Shown: positions 1 through 14,219 of the stretch, piece after piece
Numbering within the stretch: the first letter of the stretch is position 1
How the letters are laid out: every line of letters starts with the position of its first letter
Assembly: GCF_020745735.1 (NCBI RefSeq)
Contig: NC_083408.1
Location: 17,732,484 to 17,796,483 of the forward strand
Direction of reading: 5' to 3'
Source: Hemiscyllium ocellatum
Taxonomy: Eukaryota
DNA length: 64,000 nt
Program-made: the position numbers and the translations under genes
The notes under the pieces: generated by a model
The model's database searches: none
What the model saw: the letters and a program-made list of their open reading frames with translations, nothing else
Told to the model about the DNA's origin: nothing

Positions 1-3000
1 AATACTATTACATTGGCCACCTCCCCTCATCCCATCCTTCAAAAATAATACATCATGGTACCCTGCAAACCTCTGTGAAAGTTGATAAAAAGCCAACATA
101 TATTGCAGTCATAGCTTTTGAAAGTGGCCTATTTCAACAGAATTTAATGTGAACGGGAATTACTGGAGAGCTGTCATTTCTGTAAGATTTCTGGAGGAAC
201 TTCCTCTTGACAACATCTCCCAGTGCTATAGTAATCACCACCATTCCAGACCATAGCCCCTGCCAATATTATCATTACTCCTGGTGATTACAGTGATTCC
301 TCTTTTTTAAAGAAAATTACTGTACCAACTCAATAGAGCCTTTCGATCTTCAGGGTTTATTTTCAAATGTTTTCAAGTCACTTATAGGTGCAAGTCCTTT
401 GTTTAATTTGTGCTTCACGATGACTTGTGGCTGGGGACATTTTGACAGACTAGATTGTCAGGATGATGGGAATCAAAGTTTGCCAGACAAGAGAAAGCAA
501 GTTTGATTTGTTCTGATTTGGATGTGGGTTAATTATGCTTCATTTGGAACACAACAATGTGAAAAGGGAATGTTGAAAACCATTGATTCCTTCAAAATGT
601 TTTGTGCAATACGACGAACGCCAGTTCAGACAACAGCAGCTACATTAAAGAGGCTACTGGACTGCCTCCCGAGGAATTTAATATTAGTGACAGAGTTGGC
701 TTAAACAGTAGTACCAGCACCCTAAATACGGAGACGGGAAATTATTTGCTGATCAATATTGACGTTCTGTTTCTGGACATTGCAGCTAAAGTGAAAATAC
801 TGAAGAATTGGGTTTCTCTCCTTCACCCCACCCCATCACTTCTCTTTGTTTCTCTTTCCTGCTCATCCTCACTCCCTCACCCCCCCGTTGCACACTACGT
901 CCAAAATCACCTTCATGGTCTCCAAAGTTTGGTGACATTTGATGAAATATGACTACATATTTGAAGAAATGTGGCTATGGGTTGAGCTTGGCTTCTGGTC
1001 TCCTCACCTTAGCCTTAGTCTATCTCCCATAATGTGTCGCCAGTGAATTATTTGCATTTTTTATAATTTAAGTTGGCCAGAGGCCATGTGTATCCACGGA
1101 TTCAGGCACTTTCCCTAGTAACCGTTATTTGTTTGAATCAAGCTTATATCAAGTGCTTTCATGGCGAATTCAATACTGGCAGCATCACATCCACGCCGTT
1201 TCATTGATGTCATCAATCAATAGAAGCTTAAATACTGAGCTCATTACACTGCTCTGGGTCAGAGACCTGAAATTACTTCTGCGTTTATTATGGTCAGATC
1301 TTTCAGCAAACTCCGAACGGAAGAAGGAGCAGGATAAGAAAAGGAATAAAATTCTCTATTCAACAAAACAGTCAATATTGACTAATATGACATGAACCTT
1401 CAGTGAATTTGAATAATGAGAAATTACAATGTTCGGATTCTGAATCAAACATTGAGTTATAAATTGTGCTTGTAAGGGTTAAATTAGCAATAGTGTATAA
1501 AGAGCCTGAGTTTCTTTATCCAAGATAAGGAAGTTAAACTTAAATACTTGCATTTGGGATGTTTTCCCTCTGTCCCAGTGCAGACAAGTCTTTATTTGAC
1601 CTCTTTACTCCCCATCTACCAGCTCCTGCCATCACAGCCAAAGCTCTTAGTGTTTATAAGAAGTGTCAAATATTAACTTTGTGATCATGCACATATTTAA
1701 AATGATTTAACTGGTAGTTTATGAATAGTTGCAGCTGCGAAAATGCTGACACCTCACACTGTGAATTAGGTGGAAATCTGAATTTGTCAGAAACTAAAGG
1801 AAACAAATTGGCAAGTATGTTTGGTCTAATGTCAGATTAAATCTGCTATATTAGTGATCCGATAAATGAGATGGAAGCGCTGGCAGTTGTTGTAAAGTTA
1901 TGTCAGGATTACCTCACGAAGGCATCCCATGGCAGCGTGGTGAACACCAACACAGATGAGAACAATCATAGAAAACAACTGCTTGACTGGTTCAGAAATG
2001 TTTGGCTTATTTTGTGAGACCAATCCAAAGTTTTTCAATGGTCGGTTGAATGTTGATTGTCTTTCAGTATGAAAGTCCTGCATAGCCCAGAAATGGCTAT
2101 AAGCAAGGGTGACATACTGAAGAAATTATTTTCTCTTCTTTTCACTCTGTACTGTCTCTTCCACACCCCAACCCCAGCATTGCCTCGTTGTGGTGTTCTG
2201 TAGCTATCCTGTGAAAGTAAAAAGAACCCCACATCAACACAACCAAGATTGTTCATTATGCATCTTGAAAACAAATAAAGTCCCAGCACATTTTTCAGAT
2301 CATAGGACAGCATTGTCAATACGCTCCAGGGGTATAGGGGTTGAAGGCCACAATACCTAGTTTCATCAGCAAGATTACAAGACTGGGATACCAGGTATAC
2401 TGCTTTCTCATTACCCCCTCATTAACCTCACCACTTCCAAGGCTAAAATTGGGAGCACTGGAATCGTCACTGCTCATCTGGTGATTGGTTTAATTGCAAC
2501 AATAGTCAAGAAGCGCAATATGATCAAAGAGAGAGCAGTTTTATTGACTGGCTAAAGAACTAATGTACCCAATTTCCACTCCCTTAACCAACACTGAGCT
2601 AGGATGTTGGGCTACCTAGCACTTACACTCTACGGAATGAACTACAGCAACATATTAGATTTACACTGAAAGGACCTTTGCTGCCAATATTTTTTATTTC
2701 TGAAGAGAACAATGATCAGAAAAAGGGCTGTTACACCTGATTCTGATTTTGCATGGATATCTCTGTCCTTTTATTATCACAATGGCAAAATAATGCGATT
2801 TATTAAATTTACACAGTCATTGACTAACTTAAGAAAACTAGTTGACCAGGCTTGGAATATTGAATCTCAAGTCTGCGTTTTTTTTGTTAAATTGCTTTGG
2901 ACTTAATTTTGAATAAGTTTACTGATGTTAAATGACTTAATTTGTGCTCTTTGATGAATTGCAGTTCTGGAAACATTGTCAGTGCAAACAGTGAGGAAAA

Positions 3001-6000
3001 TGGGAATGCAGGTTCTCCTGGATCAAGTGAAGTCATTGCAAAGTAATTTTGTTGCATGCATGACTAAGTTAGTCATTATTTCAGAATATGACAAACCATT
3101 ACGAAATAACTGGCTAGCTGGCAATTTGTGCAGTGTTATACAATGCTCAATGTTAACACCTCTGAGGAAACGATTTGATCATGTTCGGACCAGCTCTCAA
3201 AGAGGAACTTGCCCATGTTCACTCTCAAGTCCTTTTCCTATGTGATACTGCAAAACCTCTCCTTATGAAATTTGTAGATTCTTTTTGAAGACTTCAGTGG
3301 AAGCTACCTCCACCACTACAATATTATGCAGAACATGCCAGTTTACGAACGATGCTGTTATTTAAAAAAAAAATGTTCCTTGTAACAGTTGTTTTATTTT
3401 GCTGATCATCTGAAGTCAGTGTCCTTTTCTTCTCATGCCTTATTTAATCATAATCAGTACTGTATGGAAACAGGCCACTTGGCCCAACAAGTCCACACCA
3501 ACCTTCCAAAGAGTGACCAATCCAGATGCATCCTCCTACCCTTTTACTCTACTCTATCCAAATCCATCATGATTTTGAACACGTGTAAAATGTCTTTTTT
3601 CTCTTCTGTTCTCCATAAAGAGCAGCCCGAGCTTCTGCAAACTATCCACATAGTTGTCCAGTTGCTCATCTCTGGGACCATTTTTGTGTACATTTTGTGC
3701 ACCTTCTCAAATCCCTTCCTGATGCGTGCTGCATATATACTAAACATGAGGGAAAAACAGGACTGTTATTAACCATTTGTCATAATTTTCTTATTTTGCA
3801 TGCCACGGTCCTATTTGTAATGTTCAGAATCCTAATGATAGCTTCAATCTGCACTGCCAACTTCATAATTTGTGTGCATACACACAATATGTATAAAATG
3901 CATTAAATATTAGACAGGGACCATTTAAGGAAGCATTGATCATTGCATCAAAAGATTTCAGCTTGTGTATAAAATGAACAAGGAACAATCCAGAATAATT
4001 CTGAGTTGGAGGAGGGCTGTGTTCAATGCAGGCATTTGAAAAAGAACATTTGAGCACAAATCTGGGCAATGTTCAGCTCCAGCTGTATAGTACAGCTTAA
4101 CATTTCCACAAGCAGGAAATGGTGGCAAAAATAAAACTCTAAATCCCTGCATGATGTTGCAAAGGGTATGGATTATTGTTAACCGCGGTGACAACCATGC
4201 AAAATATAAACAGTTCAGAGGGGAAATAGAGAGCAAGTGAGACTGGCAACTAACTGTAAAAGGGGATAAAAAAGTCATCATTAGTTACAAACAGTGAATG
4301 GATAGCAAAAGAATGAGTGGGGCCAATGATCATGAATCCACCGTTCAAACTTCATAGGGGCAGGGGCCTGGCTGAGGTATCATGAAGAGCAAGTTGATGT
4401 CCAGTTCATGGTGAAAAAAAACATGTAGTTGAGACTTGGATGAGATGAAGTTTGACAGAATTTTAGAAAGGCTAAAATAAAACAAAATTGCAGATGCTAG
4501 AAATCTGAAACAAAAATGGAACTGCTGGAGAATCTCAGCAGGTCTGCGAGCATCTGAGGCGGGAAAGCAGAGTTAATGTTTTTGAGTCCGGTGACGTATT
4601 GAGTTTCTCCTGCAATTTCTGCTTCATTTAGAAAGGCTGATTGCCATAGAGTGATGGCAACTGATAACAACTGAATTGGAGCCACCTGAGGATACAGAGA
4701 AAAGTAACATTGAAGCTGCAGTGGTAATGTCCACAACAACCTAATCCTGTTCAAATAGAGGCAAGGAATCAGAAACTGGAGAATCACAAGAATTAAAATA
4801 TTTTTCTTTACAATTGTCTGGATAAATCCAGCAAGCAGATTCATCTTCGTGGTGGGAAAGCTTCTAATGAACTGTAATCTCAGCCTCAAGCAACAATACT
4901 GGGAGATCATATGGACTAACTTTATATGCTGACTAAAAATTCTAATGTGTAACCTGTTTACCTAAATCATCTGATGAAGGCTTATAATTCTAAATCTTCA
5001 GTTTTCTTGGGTATTTAAAGTGGTTTAGAAGCACAGAAAATAGGAGCAGGAGGAGACCATGCAATCCTTCGAGCCTTCTCTGCTACTCATCACGCTCAAG
5101 GCTGATTGTCCAACTCAATTGCCTAATCATGCTTTCTCCCCATAACATTCGATCCCATTTTCCCCAAGTGCTATATCAAGCTGCCTCTTTAATTGTAGTT
5201 GAAAGTGTTTCTTTGAAGTGTCTTAATTTGTCCTTGCGCTCAATTGAAGCTGTGAAACAAACATGGAGTCCAAACTCTGTCCATATTATGAGGAAGCTGA
5301 CAATTTAAGTTCACAAGAAATGAAAGTGACAGTCAAAAAGTAAATTTTCTCCAATGTATGGCCATGTTATGCTTTATCACGTGTACAGTCTCTCTCTGAA
5401 CCTGTGCCACCCATCAAAGTTTAAGTCTACAGGATGTTGCTTGATTGGAACAGCATTTCCTCAATCAATACTATGTGTAGTGAGATTAGTAATTCCCAGG
5501 TTATTCCCACATATCTCCCCATGTGATTATACGATCTCTTTCAGGTCATTTCGATTTTCGTCTGGGAAGTAACTCAGCAGTTTATTCCAGTTTTCCAGAA
5601 CTTCCTCATTGTTCAATTAGTTTGAGGAATGTCTAATTCACAATCACTTTGATTAGTTTTTGGACAAAACACATCTCTTCACGCCACTAAATGGTCACAG
5701 AAGTAGGTGAAGCAGTAAGCCCTTCAGCCCCTTAAGTATGCACTCTTGTTAAAAATGATGATGGCTGATTATCCAACTCAGTACCCTGTTCCATCGTTCG
5801 TTCTGTAAGATTTGATCTCTTTAGCTCGAAAAAGAAACCATTATGTTTTGGATTTAATCAATTTCTATGACAGTGAATTCCAAGCAGTCACTACTGTCAG
5901 GATGAAGATATGTTTCCTCATCTCAGGCCAAAATGCCAGATCCAGTATCCTTAGACCGTGAGCCCTTTTTCTGGACTCCCCAGCCGTGGAAATCATCCTT

Positions 6001-6619
6001 CCTGGTTATCTTATTCTGAATATAAACAATAGCTTGTGCTGCAATTGTGATCTTCGCCTGGGTCATGTATGGGGAGGGTTGTTCTCAGTAATGCCACACT
6101 TTGACAGTGCAAATTGACCCATTGCTGATAGCAGTCTGGATGCAAGTTAGCCATTTGTTGCTAAGGAAGAGATAGGACTGAGTGCTCAATGCCCATATTC
6201 AAAAGGGAAGAATGACCTATTGAGGAGATAGATTAAAGGACTTTTTGTAGCTATAACGGTTGACACTGATAGAAATTACTGACTCCGGTATAACACACAG
6301 GGATTCAGCAAAGGTGACCCAAAGTGCTGATTCCTAATTACACATGTTGCACTTTTAAAATGACACCAGCCCAATCATTGAAGAAGTATTCCTTTTTTAA
6401 AATTAAAATTTTCAGCGATGTATGACACACCTCACGAGTAAGCGGCAAAGGAATCCAAGCCTACCAAATCTAATCTAGGAACTTAAGCCGACTGACCGAG
6501 GGGTAGGGAGACTCTCATTCTAAAATAAGAGGTCTGTTTTGCATCTCAGACAGAATTGATGCAATTGCCCTCAATTGCTTCATTAATCCCTGGGGATGCA
6601 AATAATAAGCCACTTGTCT

Positions 6620-6960
6620 GAGTATTGTGTGATGCTCAGGTCTCAGGAAGTATAATGCTGCTCGTTGAGTTGGAAGGTTGAGGGTTCAAGATCTACCTTC
6701 GGGGTGAGACACACTAATTGATACTGCCACAGCAGTGCAGTCCTGAGATAATCCTGCTCATCAGACGTGTATGAGACATTAAACCAAAGCCACTCTGCCC
6801 TCTAAAGGACCTTTATTATTTTGGCCTACAGTGAGATTATAGCTGGTGTCCCGGCCAATATTTATTGCTCAATCCCAATGAGCACATGATCTGGTCATCA
6901 TCTCCTTCCTGCTTTTCTCATAGCACACAAATTGGATATCACATTTCGGACATGTAACAA
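6620..6960 (+). mobile_element. Degraded Deu-domain-like SINE (SacSINE1/AmnSINE-like)
   Basis: Contains TGAGACATTAAACCAAAGCC...GGTGTCCCGGCCAATATTTATT...GATCTGGTCATCAT, which I recall as the Deu core. Not verified by search. Confidence 0.5.
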
Positions 6961-7110
6961 CATGATCAAACCCACTTCGGTTGTTGTATAGAACATCTCT
7001 GATTGAAAATTGGCTTTGAGTAACAATACTGCATGTTACTCAGTGTTACTTTGCTGTTCATTTTTCACTGTCTTGACTCTCTTTTGTAAGAAAGCACTCC
7101 TTTCTAACTT

Positions 7111-9950
7111 CCATAAGACCATAAAACCATAAGACATAGGAGTGGAAGTAAGGCCATTTGGCCCATCGAGTCCACTCCGCCATTCAATCATGGCTGATTG
7201 GCACTTCAACTCCACTTACCAGCGTTCTCCCCGTAGCCCTTAATTCCTCGAGACAACAAGAATCTATCAATCTCGGCCTTGAAGACATTCAGCGTCCCGG
7301 CCTCCACTGCACTCCGTGGCAATGAATTCCACAGGCCCATCACCCTCTGGCTGAAGAAATGTCTCCACATTTCTGTTCTGAATTGACCCCCTCTAATTCT
7401 AAGGCTGTGTCCACGGGTCCTAGTCTCCTCACCTCACGGAAACAATTTCCTAGCATCCACCTTTTCCAAGCCATGTATTATCTTGTACGTCTCTATTAAG
7501 TCTCCCCTCAATCTTCTAAACTCCAACGAATACAATCCCAGTATCCTCAGCCGTTCCTCATATGTTAGACCTGCCATTCCAGGGATCATCCGTGTGAATC
7601 TCTGCTGGACACGTTCCAGTGCCAGTATGTCCTTCCTGAGGTGTGGGGACCAAAACTGGACACTGTACTCCAAATGGGGCCTAACCAGAGCTTTATAGAG
7701 TCTCAGTAGCACATCCCTGCTTTTATATTCCAACCCTCTTGAGATAAGAGACAACATTGCATTCGCTTTCTTAATCACGGACTCAACCTGCATGTTTACC
7801 TTTAGAGAATTCTCGACTAGTACTCCCAGATCCCTTTGTGCTTTGGCTTTACTAATTTTCTCACCATTTAGAAAGTAGTCTATGCTTTTATTCTTTTTGC
7901 CAAAGTGCAAGACCTCGCACTTGCTCACGTTAAATTCCATCAGCCATTTCCTGGACCACTCTCCCAACCTGTCTAGATCCTTCTGTAGCCTCCCCACTTC
8001 CTCAGTACTACCTCCCTGTCCACCTAACTTCGTATCATTGGCAAACTTCGGCTAGAATGCCCCCAGTCCCCTCATCCAAATCATTAATATATAATGCGAA
8101 TAGTTGTGGCCCCAACACCGAACCCTGCGGGACACCGCTCGTCACCGGCTGCCATTCTGAAAAAGAACCTTTTATTCCAACTCTCTGCCTTCTGTTAGAC
8201 AGCCAATCCTCAATCCATCCCAGCAGCTCACCTCGAACACCATGGGCCCTCACCTTGCTCAGCAGCCTCCCGTGTGGCACCTTATCAAAGGCCTTTTGAA
8301 AGTCTAGATAGACCACATCCACAGGGTTTCCCTGGTCTAACCTACTTGTTACCTCTTCAAAAAATTCCAACAGGTTTGTCAGGCATGACCTCCCCTTACT
8401 AAATCCATGTTGACTTGTTCTAATCAGACTCTGCTCTTCCAAGAATTTAGAAACCTCATCCTTAATGATCGATTCTAGAATTTTACCAACACCCGAGGTT
8501 AAACTGCTTGGCCTATAATTTTCCATCTTTTGCCTTGATCCTTTCTTGAACAAGGGGGTTACAACAGCCATCTTCCAATCATCCGGGACCTTTCCTGACT
8601 CCTGTGACTCTTGAAAGATCTCAACCAATGCCTCTGCTATTTCCTCAGCCACCTCTCTCAGAACTCTAGGGTGTATCCCATCGGGGCCAGGAGATTTATC
8701 AATTTTAAGACTTTTTAACTTTTCGAGCACTATCTCTTTCGTAATGGCAACCGTACTCAACTCAGCCCCGTGACTCCCTTTAATTTTTGGGATATTACTC
8801 ATGTCTTCCACTGCAAAAACTGACACAAAGTACTTGTTAAGTTCTCCTGCTATTTCCTTATCTCCCATCACTAGGCTTCCTGCATCAGTTTGAAGTGGCC
8901 CAATGTCTACTTTTGCCTGTCGTTTGTTTATGTACTGAAAGAAACTTTTACTATCGTTTCTAATATTACTGGCTAACCTACCTTCATATTTGATCCTCTA
9001 ATTTCTTATTACACTCTTTGTTATCCTCTGTTTGCTTTTGTATCCTTCCCAATCTTCCGATTTCCCACTGTTCTTAGCCACTTTATAGGATCTCTCTTTT
9101 TCCTTAATACATTTCCTGACTTCCTTTGTCAGCCATGGTTGTCTAATCCTTCCCCAGATAATCTTTCTTTTCTTGGGGATGAACCTCTGTATAGTGTCCT
9201 CAATTATACCTACAAACTCCTGCCATTTTTGCTCAACTGTCTTCCCGGTTAGCCTCTGCTTCCAGTCTATTTTTGTCAGTTCCTCTCTCATGCCCTCATA
9301 ATTACCTTTATTTAACTGTAACACCATTACATCCGATTTTGCCTTCTCTCTTTCAAACTCCAGACTGAACTCTACCATATTATGATCGCTACTTCCTAAG
9401 GGTTCCCTTACTTTAAGATCTTTTATAGAGTCTGGTTCATTGCAAAGCACAAGGTCCAGAATAGCCTGCTCTCTTGTGGGCTCCATGACAAACTGTTCCA
9501 AAAAGCCATCTTGTAAGCATTCCATGAATTCCCTTTCTTTGGATCCACTAGCAACATCATTTACCCAGTCCACCTGCATATTGAAGTCTCCCATGATCAA
9601 TGTGACCTTGTCTTTCTGACATGCCTTTTCTATTTCCCGGTACATGTTGCGTCCCTGGTCCTGACCACTGTTAGGAGGTCTATACACAACACCAATTATG
9701 GTTTTTTTTGCCTTTGTGGTTCCTCAATTCCACCCACACAGACTCCACATCATCCGACGCTATGTCATTCAATACCATTGATTTAATTTTGTTCTTAACT
9801 AACAAGGCAACCCCACCCCCTCTGCCCACCTCTCTGTCTTTTCGATAAGTTGAAAAACCATGGAGGTTTAACTGCCAATCCTGACCCCCCTGTAACCAAG
9901 TCTCTGTGTTGCCTACCACATCATAATCATTCACTATTATCTGTGCCAGG
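7111..9950 (-). mobile_element. CR1-clade LINE, 5'-truncated, relatively young (APE endonuclease + RT)
   Basis: Collinear ORF2 pieces: 9680-9934 (GNTETWL), 8998-9687 (MGDFN, LDLVL, SDHN), 8035-8871 ([27 protein letters not shown]), 7434-7997. One in-frame TAG at 8998-9000 and two frameshifts. (CCATAAGA)n tail at about 7111-7135. Confidence 0.93.
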
Positions 9951-9958
9951 GTACAGGG

Positions 9959-10162
9959 TACCTAGAAACAAGTTTGTTAGTTACTCGAGCGGCGGAGGTA
10001 TTAAACACACATTTTAAACTGTTACATGGGCACATGCTGATATTTCCATCTCTGATTCTCTGGGTTTGATAGAACGTAGTTGTCAGTGGCCCCAAGGGGT
10101 TCTGCACTTGTTTCAGAGATCTGGAAATAGATGTTTAGGATACTCTGAGATTGCATTAAGAT
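9959..10162. repeat. 204-bp direct repeat, copy 1
   Basis: Matches 10677-10880 with 3 substitutions by manual alignment. Confidence 0.95.
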
Positions 10163-10676
10163 TGCATTCCACCAAAGGAGATTGAGACAAAGCTCAGTGC
10201 TGTAATATTTCACTTTATACGAACTATCATACTAAAATACCATTCAATGCAAATATAAAAGGAACTGAACCAGTTTAAAGGATTAAAAAAAATATATTTT
10301 TTCAACAAAGGAGTGCATTGGAATATTTCAATCGTTCTCATTTTGTCAAGTACCAGCAAACAGTGGAGTCTGTTCCAATCTATTTTATCTTGTTTAAAGA
10401 ATAGGCTGAGGAAAAAAGCAATGCATTGCAGACTCTTTAAATTCGAAAATGAGGTGAGGAGTGCAATGTGGAGCAGTGTTTAACAGCTGGAAAAATATTT
10501 TCCAGATTAGAATAGATGTGTAGTGGAATATACTAAAATGATAGAATGAGAGAAACTAAAGTGGGATATTGTCAGCTGAATGATTTATAAGCTTGTTAAT
10601 ATCGGGTCAGTCAGGATCTCATTGAATGGTGGAACGGGCTCGAAGGGCCAAGTGACATATTCTCATCTACTGTTCA

Positions 10677-10880
10677 TACCTAGAAACAAGTTTGTTAGTT
10701 ACTCGAGCGGCGGAGGTATTAAACACACATTTTAAACTGTTACATGGGCACATGCTGATGTTTCGATCTCTGATTCCCTGGGTTTGATAGAACGTAGTTG
10801 TCAGTGGCCCCAAGGGGTTCTGCACTTGTTTCAGAGATCTGGAAATAGATGTTTAGGATACTCTGAGATTGCATTAAGAT
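10677..10880. repeat. 204-bp direct repeat, copy 2
   Basis: Matches 9959-10162 at an offset of 718 bp. Confidence 0.95.
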
Positions 10881-13449
10881 GTTATATAAATGTGCAACTT
10901 TTCTACTTGCCTTTCTGCTAGGCTGGGGTGTATTGGGTGGTGGTGGGGTGGGGGCGGGGAAGGGTTTGCTTTTCATCAAACCTGTAGATTATTTGATTTC
11001 AGTCTGCTTTTCTTTGTTGCATTATTGTATGGAGTTTATTATCTTAAGTCAATAGCTTGGGTTTTGCTTACGTTTTATAGGTTTTTAATCACATTGGTGA
11101 GTTTCTGTATCCCATGAGGTATATTCATTGCAGTCAGTAATGGAAAATATAGCAGGTCAAATATAATGTTGTTAATTGTTATTAGGTCATTTAACAGGGA
11201 TAACTATATGCTGTTCTATGAGCCTCGGGATTTAAAAGCCTTTTCAGTGGGGCCACTGCTGATTTACCCAACGCGCTATACTGTTGAACTCACTGCTGCT
11301 GAAACCTCTATAATCTGGGACAATGATGAAATACAAACTGACTGGAACCGCAACTTATCAGAAAAACTAGGGAACAGCGAGAAATTGGGGCTGAAGCTCA
11401 GTACACAGATGCACTGCAAACCCGAGCACCCATTGACACAGCTTCTCGAAATGAGTTATAATGCGGTTCTGCACTATTCGGTTCTGATCTGTGATCAGAA
11501 CCAATGCTTCTCTGTCAAACTTATGTGGTTTATGGAAACAAATAATGTCTGCTAGAAGGCAAATACAAAGCTTTCTTGCGATAATATGACACAGAATCAA
11601 GTGAAATTTGGAGTATCTCCTTTTGGGGCTTCTTGCATCCTTTCAAGTGGCAGCTGAATTTGGTGATCAGGTCTCAGCTACTATCGAATTAGATGAAATC
11701 TTGTTAGTGGTTCCTTTATTTCCATTTCCCTATCTCGGAGGTTTGCCCCATTTCTTTATTAAAGAGCCAATGGGTGTGAGATCTCTTTAGTGCTGTCTAG
11801 AGGATAGCTGTGCTCCTGCCACTGTGCAACTTCAGATTGCTGTCTGCCTTTAAAAACATTCGGAATCTATGGTCACATACTGGCGTCGGAATTGACCTGG
11901 GTTCATCATAGAATTACTAGTTCCTCAACTGTTGCAAACTAAGTGTTATTATCACAAGGGTGCTTTTGGTGCTACATTCACTATTCAGAATAACAATTAG
12001 TTTTTCCGTTCGTGCAGAATTTCTCCCTATTACTTTAAATGATAGTGTGCTGTGTGTATGTGCATGTGGTCTGTTTCTATTTATTTCTGTTCCTCAATGG
12101 CTTTGAAATTCTTGCTGTATAGGTTCAATGGCAATGTAATGCCATTCTTCTCCCCACCAGAAGGATATTGTTGCTGGTTTTCCTCTGAGACCAGTGCAGA
12201 ACTCTACCAGTTCATTGGAGGCCTGATACATTATAGTTAAGTTTCACCTCTGCCTGCTGGTACAGCATGGAAATTTGAGTATTGATGAAAATAAAGTTTT
12301 TTTAAAAATTTAGCTCTTTCGTATTGTACTTCTCAGGCCACTATAAAAAATACCAATGGAAATGAGAAAGCATTTAATCTGTTTGGTCAATGCTTGCTGA
12401 TTGGTAAAGGCATGGAGAATGGGCCAGGTGATGGTTGGCAGTTAACTGCCAATGCTTGTTGTGTTTCTACTAAATTGATGATGGCCATTCTCTGATTCAT
12501 TTGGCAGGGCATTACCTTGACCACTCAGGCAACCTGCCAATTGAAAACTTAACAAAGTTCAGCTGTTAACTGACCAGTCCGTTTCCATTGGGGACATCTC
12601 AATCAATCATTGCGCACTTTCCAAAGCATCAGAACTCTTTTCGTCTTCAGTGTAAAATGTTGTTTCCCTTTATATCAAAATCCTTGCAGCTATCCCAATG
12701 TATGCATGACAAAAAAACAGAGCATGTCCTATTTTACGTCAATACCCAATTTCTGCATTGTCAAACAACAGTTTGAATATGGGAACCTTTTACTAATGGA
12801 GTATCCAACACCCAGCTGATATGATTAAAATGGAATCTAGTTTTGGAATGAGAAATGATGAACCCCCTGACAAGCCCCCTTTTGTACATGCAGATCCTCT
12901 TTGAATATTGTATCAGTCTGGCTGTTGAAAGACAGCTTTGGAAAGATGTTTATTTCCGTGAACTTCTATTTAATGAATTGCTGAAACGGTGGAAGATGCA
13001 TTCTATTGCATTTACAAAACTTAGATATCTTTTGAAATCAGGAGATGTGCACAATGCAAATAAAAATCCCATTTAATGATGGCCTGGATAAGACTGGTAA
13101 ATTTAAATTTATGCTTATAGAGAAAGAACTGAGATCTTAACTGGCTCATTCACATCTAATGTATTGAATTTAAACTTATGCCTGTCTGTAAATTCTTCAA
13201 GGCCTTGATCCATGCTGTCTCTTGTACCATTTATATGCGCCTTCTATTCTTTGGTTCTCTGATTGCTTTCTATCTTTTTGTCCATGAGTATGCTCAACTC
13301 CCCTTAATTAGCTGTACTTTACTGACAAACGTCCTTAGATGCCCTCTGGTACTCATTCTCTCTTTGAAAGCTTGCTTAAAAATCGGTTTCATGTTTCTGG
13401 TCATTACTCTTCTGTAACTCTTCTGATACATGCCAACAACCTTTTCTAG

Positions 13450-14215
13450 TTTGGCATTCGGTGTATCATTTTCCAGTTTGGAAGGTCGAACTCGAATGCT
13501 GAATATAGGGTTAAAGACAGGATTCTTGGCAGTGTGGAAGAATAGAGGGATCTGGGTGGGCAAGTACATAGATCGCTAAAAGTTTCCACCCAAATTGTGT
13601 TAAGAAAGCATATGATGTTTAGGCTTTCATTTAGAGGGGAATCATGATTGAATGCCGCGAAGTACTGCTACAGCTCTACATGTCCCTGGTGAAACCACAA
13701 TTGGAATATTGTGACCAGTTCTGGTAGCCCTGCTATAAGAAAGATATAGAGGCTTTGGAGGGGGTGCAAAGAACGTTTACCAGGATACTGCCTGGACTGG
13801 AGGGCTTGCCTTATGAAGAAAGGTTGAATAAGCTCACGCATTTCTCTCGGGAGAGAAGGAGGAAGATAGGAGACCTGATTGAGGGATACAAAATAATGAG
13901 TGGAATAAATAAAATCAATAGCTAGAGAATTTTCCCCAGGACAGGGTTGACTGGTACGAGGGGGTCATAGTTTTAAGATAATAGGAGAAAGGTATACAGG
14001 AGACATTAGAGGTAAGTTCTTTACACAGTAAATGCATGGAATGCATTGCCAGCGGTGGTCGTGGAAGCAGAGTCATTCGGGACATTTAAGCGGCTGCTGA
14101 ACATGCACATGTTAGGAGTGAATTGAGGGTTGTCTAGGTTTTTGTTACATTTTACATTAGGATAAAACCTCGGTACACTGTTGTGAGCCTGAGGGCCTGT
14201 TCTGCACTATACTTT
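13450..14215 (+). mobile_element. CR1 LINE 3' fragment
   Basis: RT C-terminus and 3' UTR motifs also seen in other CR1 copies in this window (AGAGGGATCTGGGT, CTGGTGAAACCACAATTGGAATATTGTG, GGCCTGTTCTGCACT). Confidence 0.8.
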
Positions 14216-14219
14216 TCTC

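Noticed and set aside
1-6600. Short ORFs and splice-like sites in the first 6.6 kb (e.g. a minus-strand acceptor near 2210)
   Set aside because: No recognisable product or consistent multi-exon frame; interspersed with small CR1/PLE fragments.
11166-11555. 129-aa ORF as a protein-coding gene
   Set aside because: No recognisable domain, non-ATG start and no supporting exon structure.
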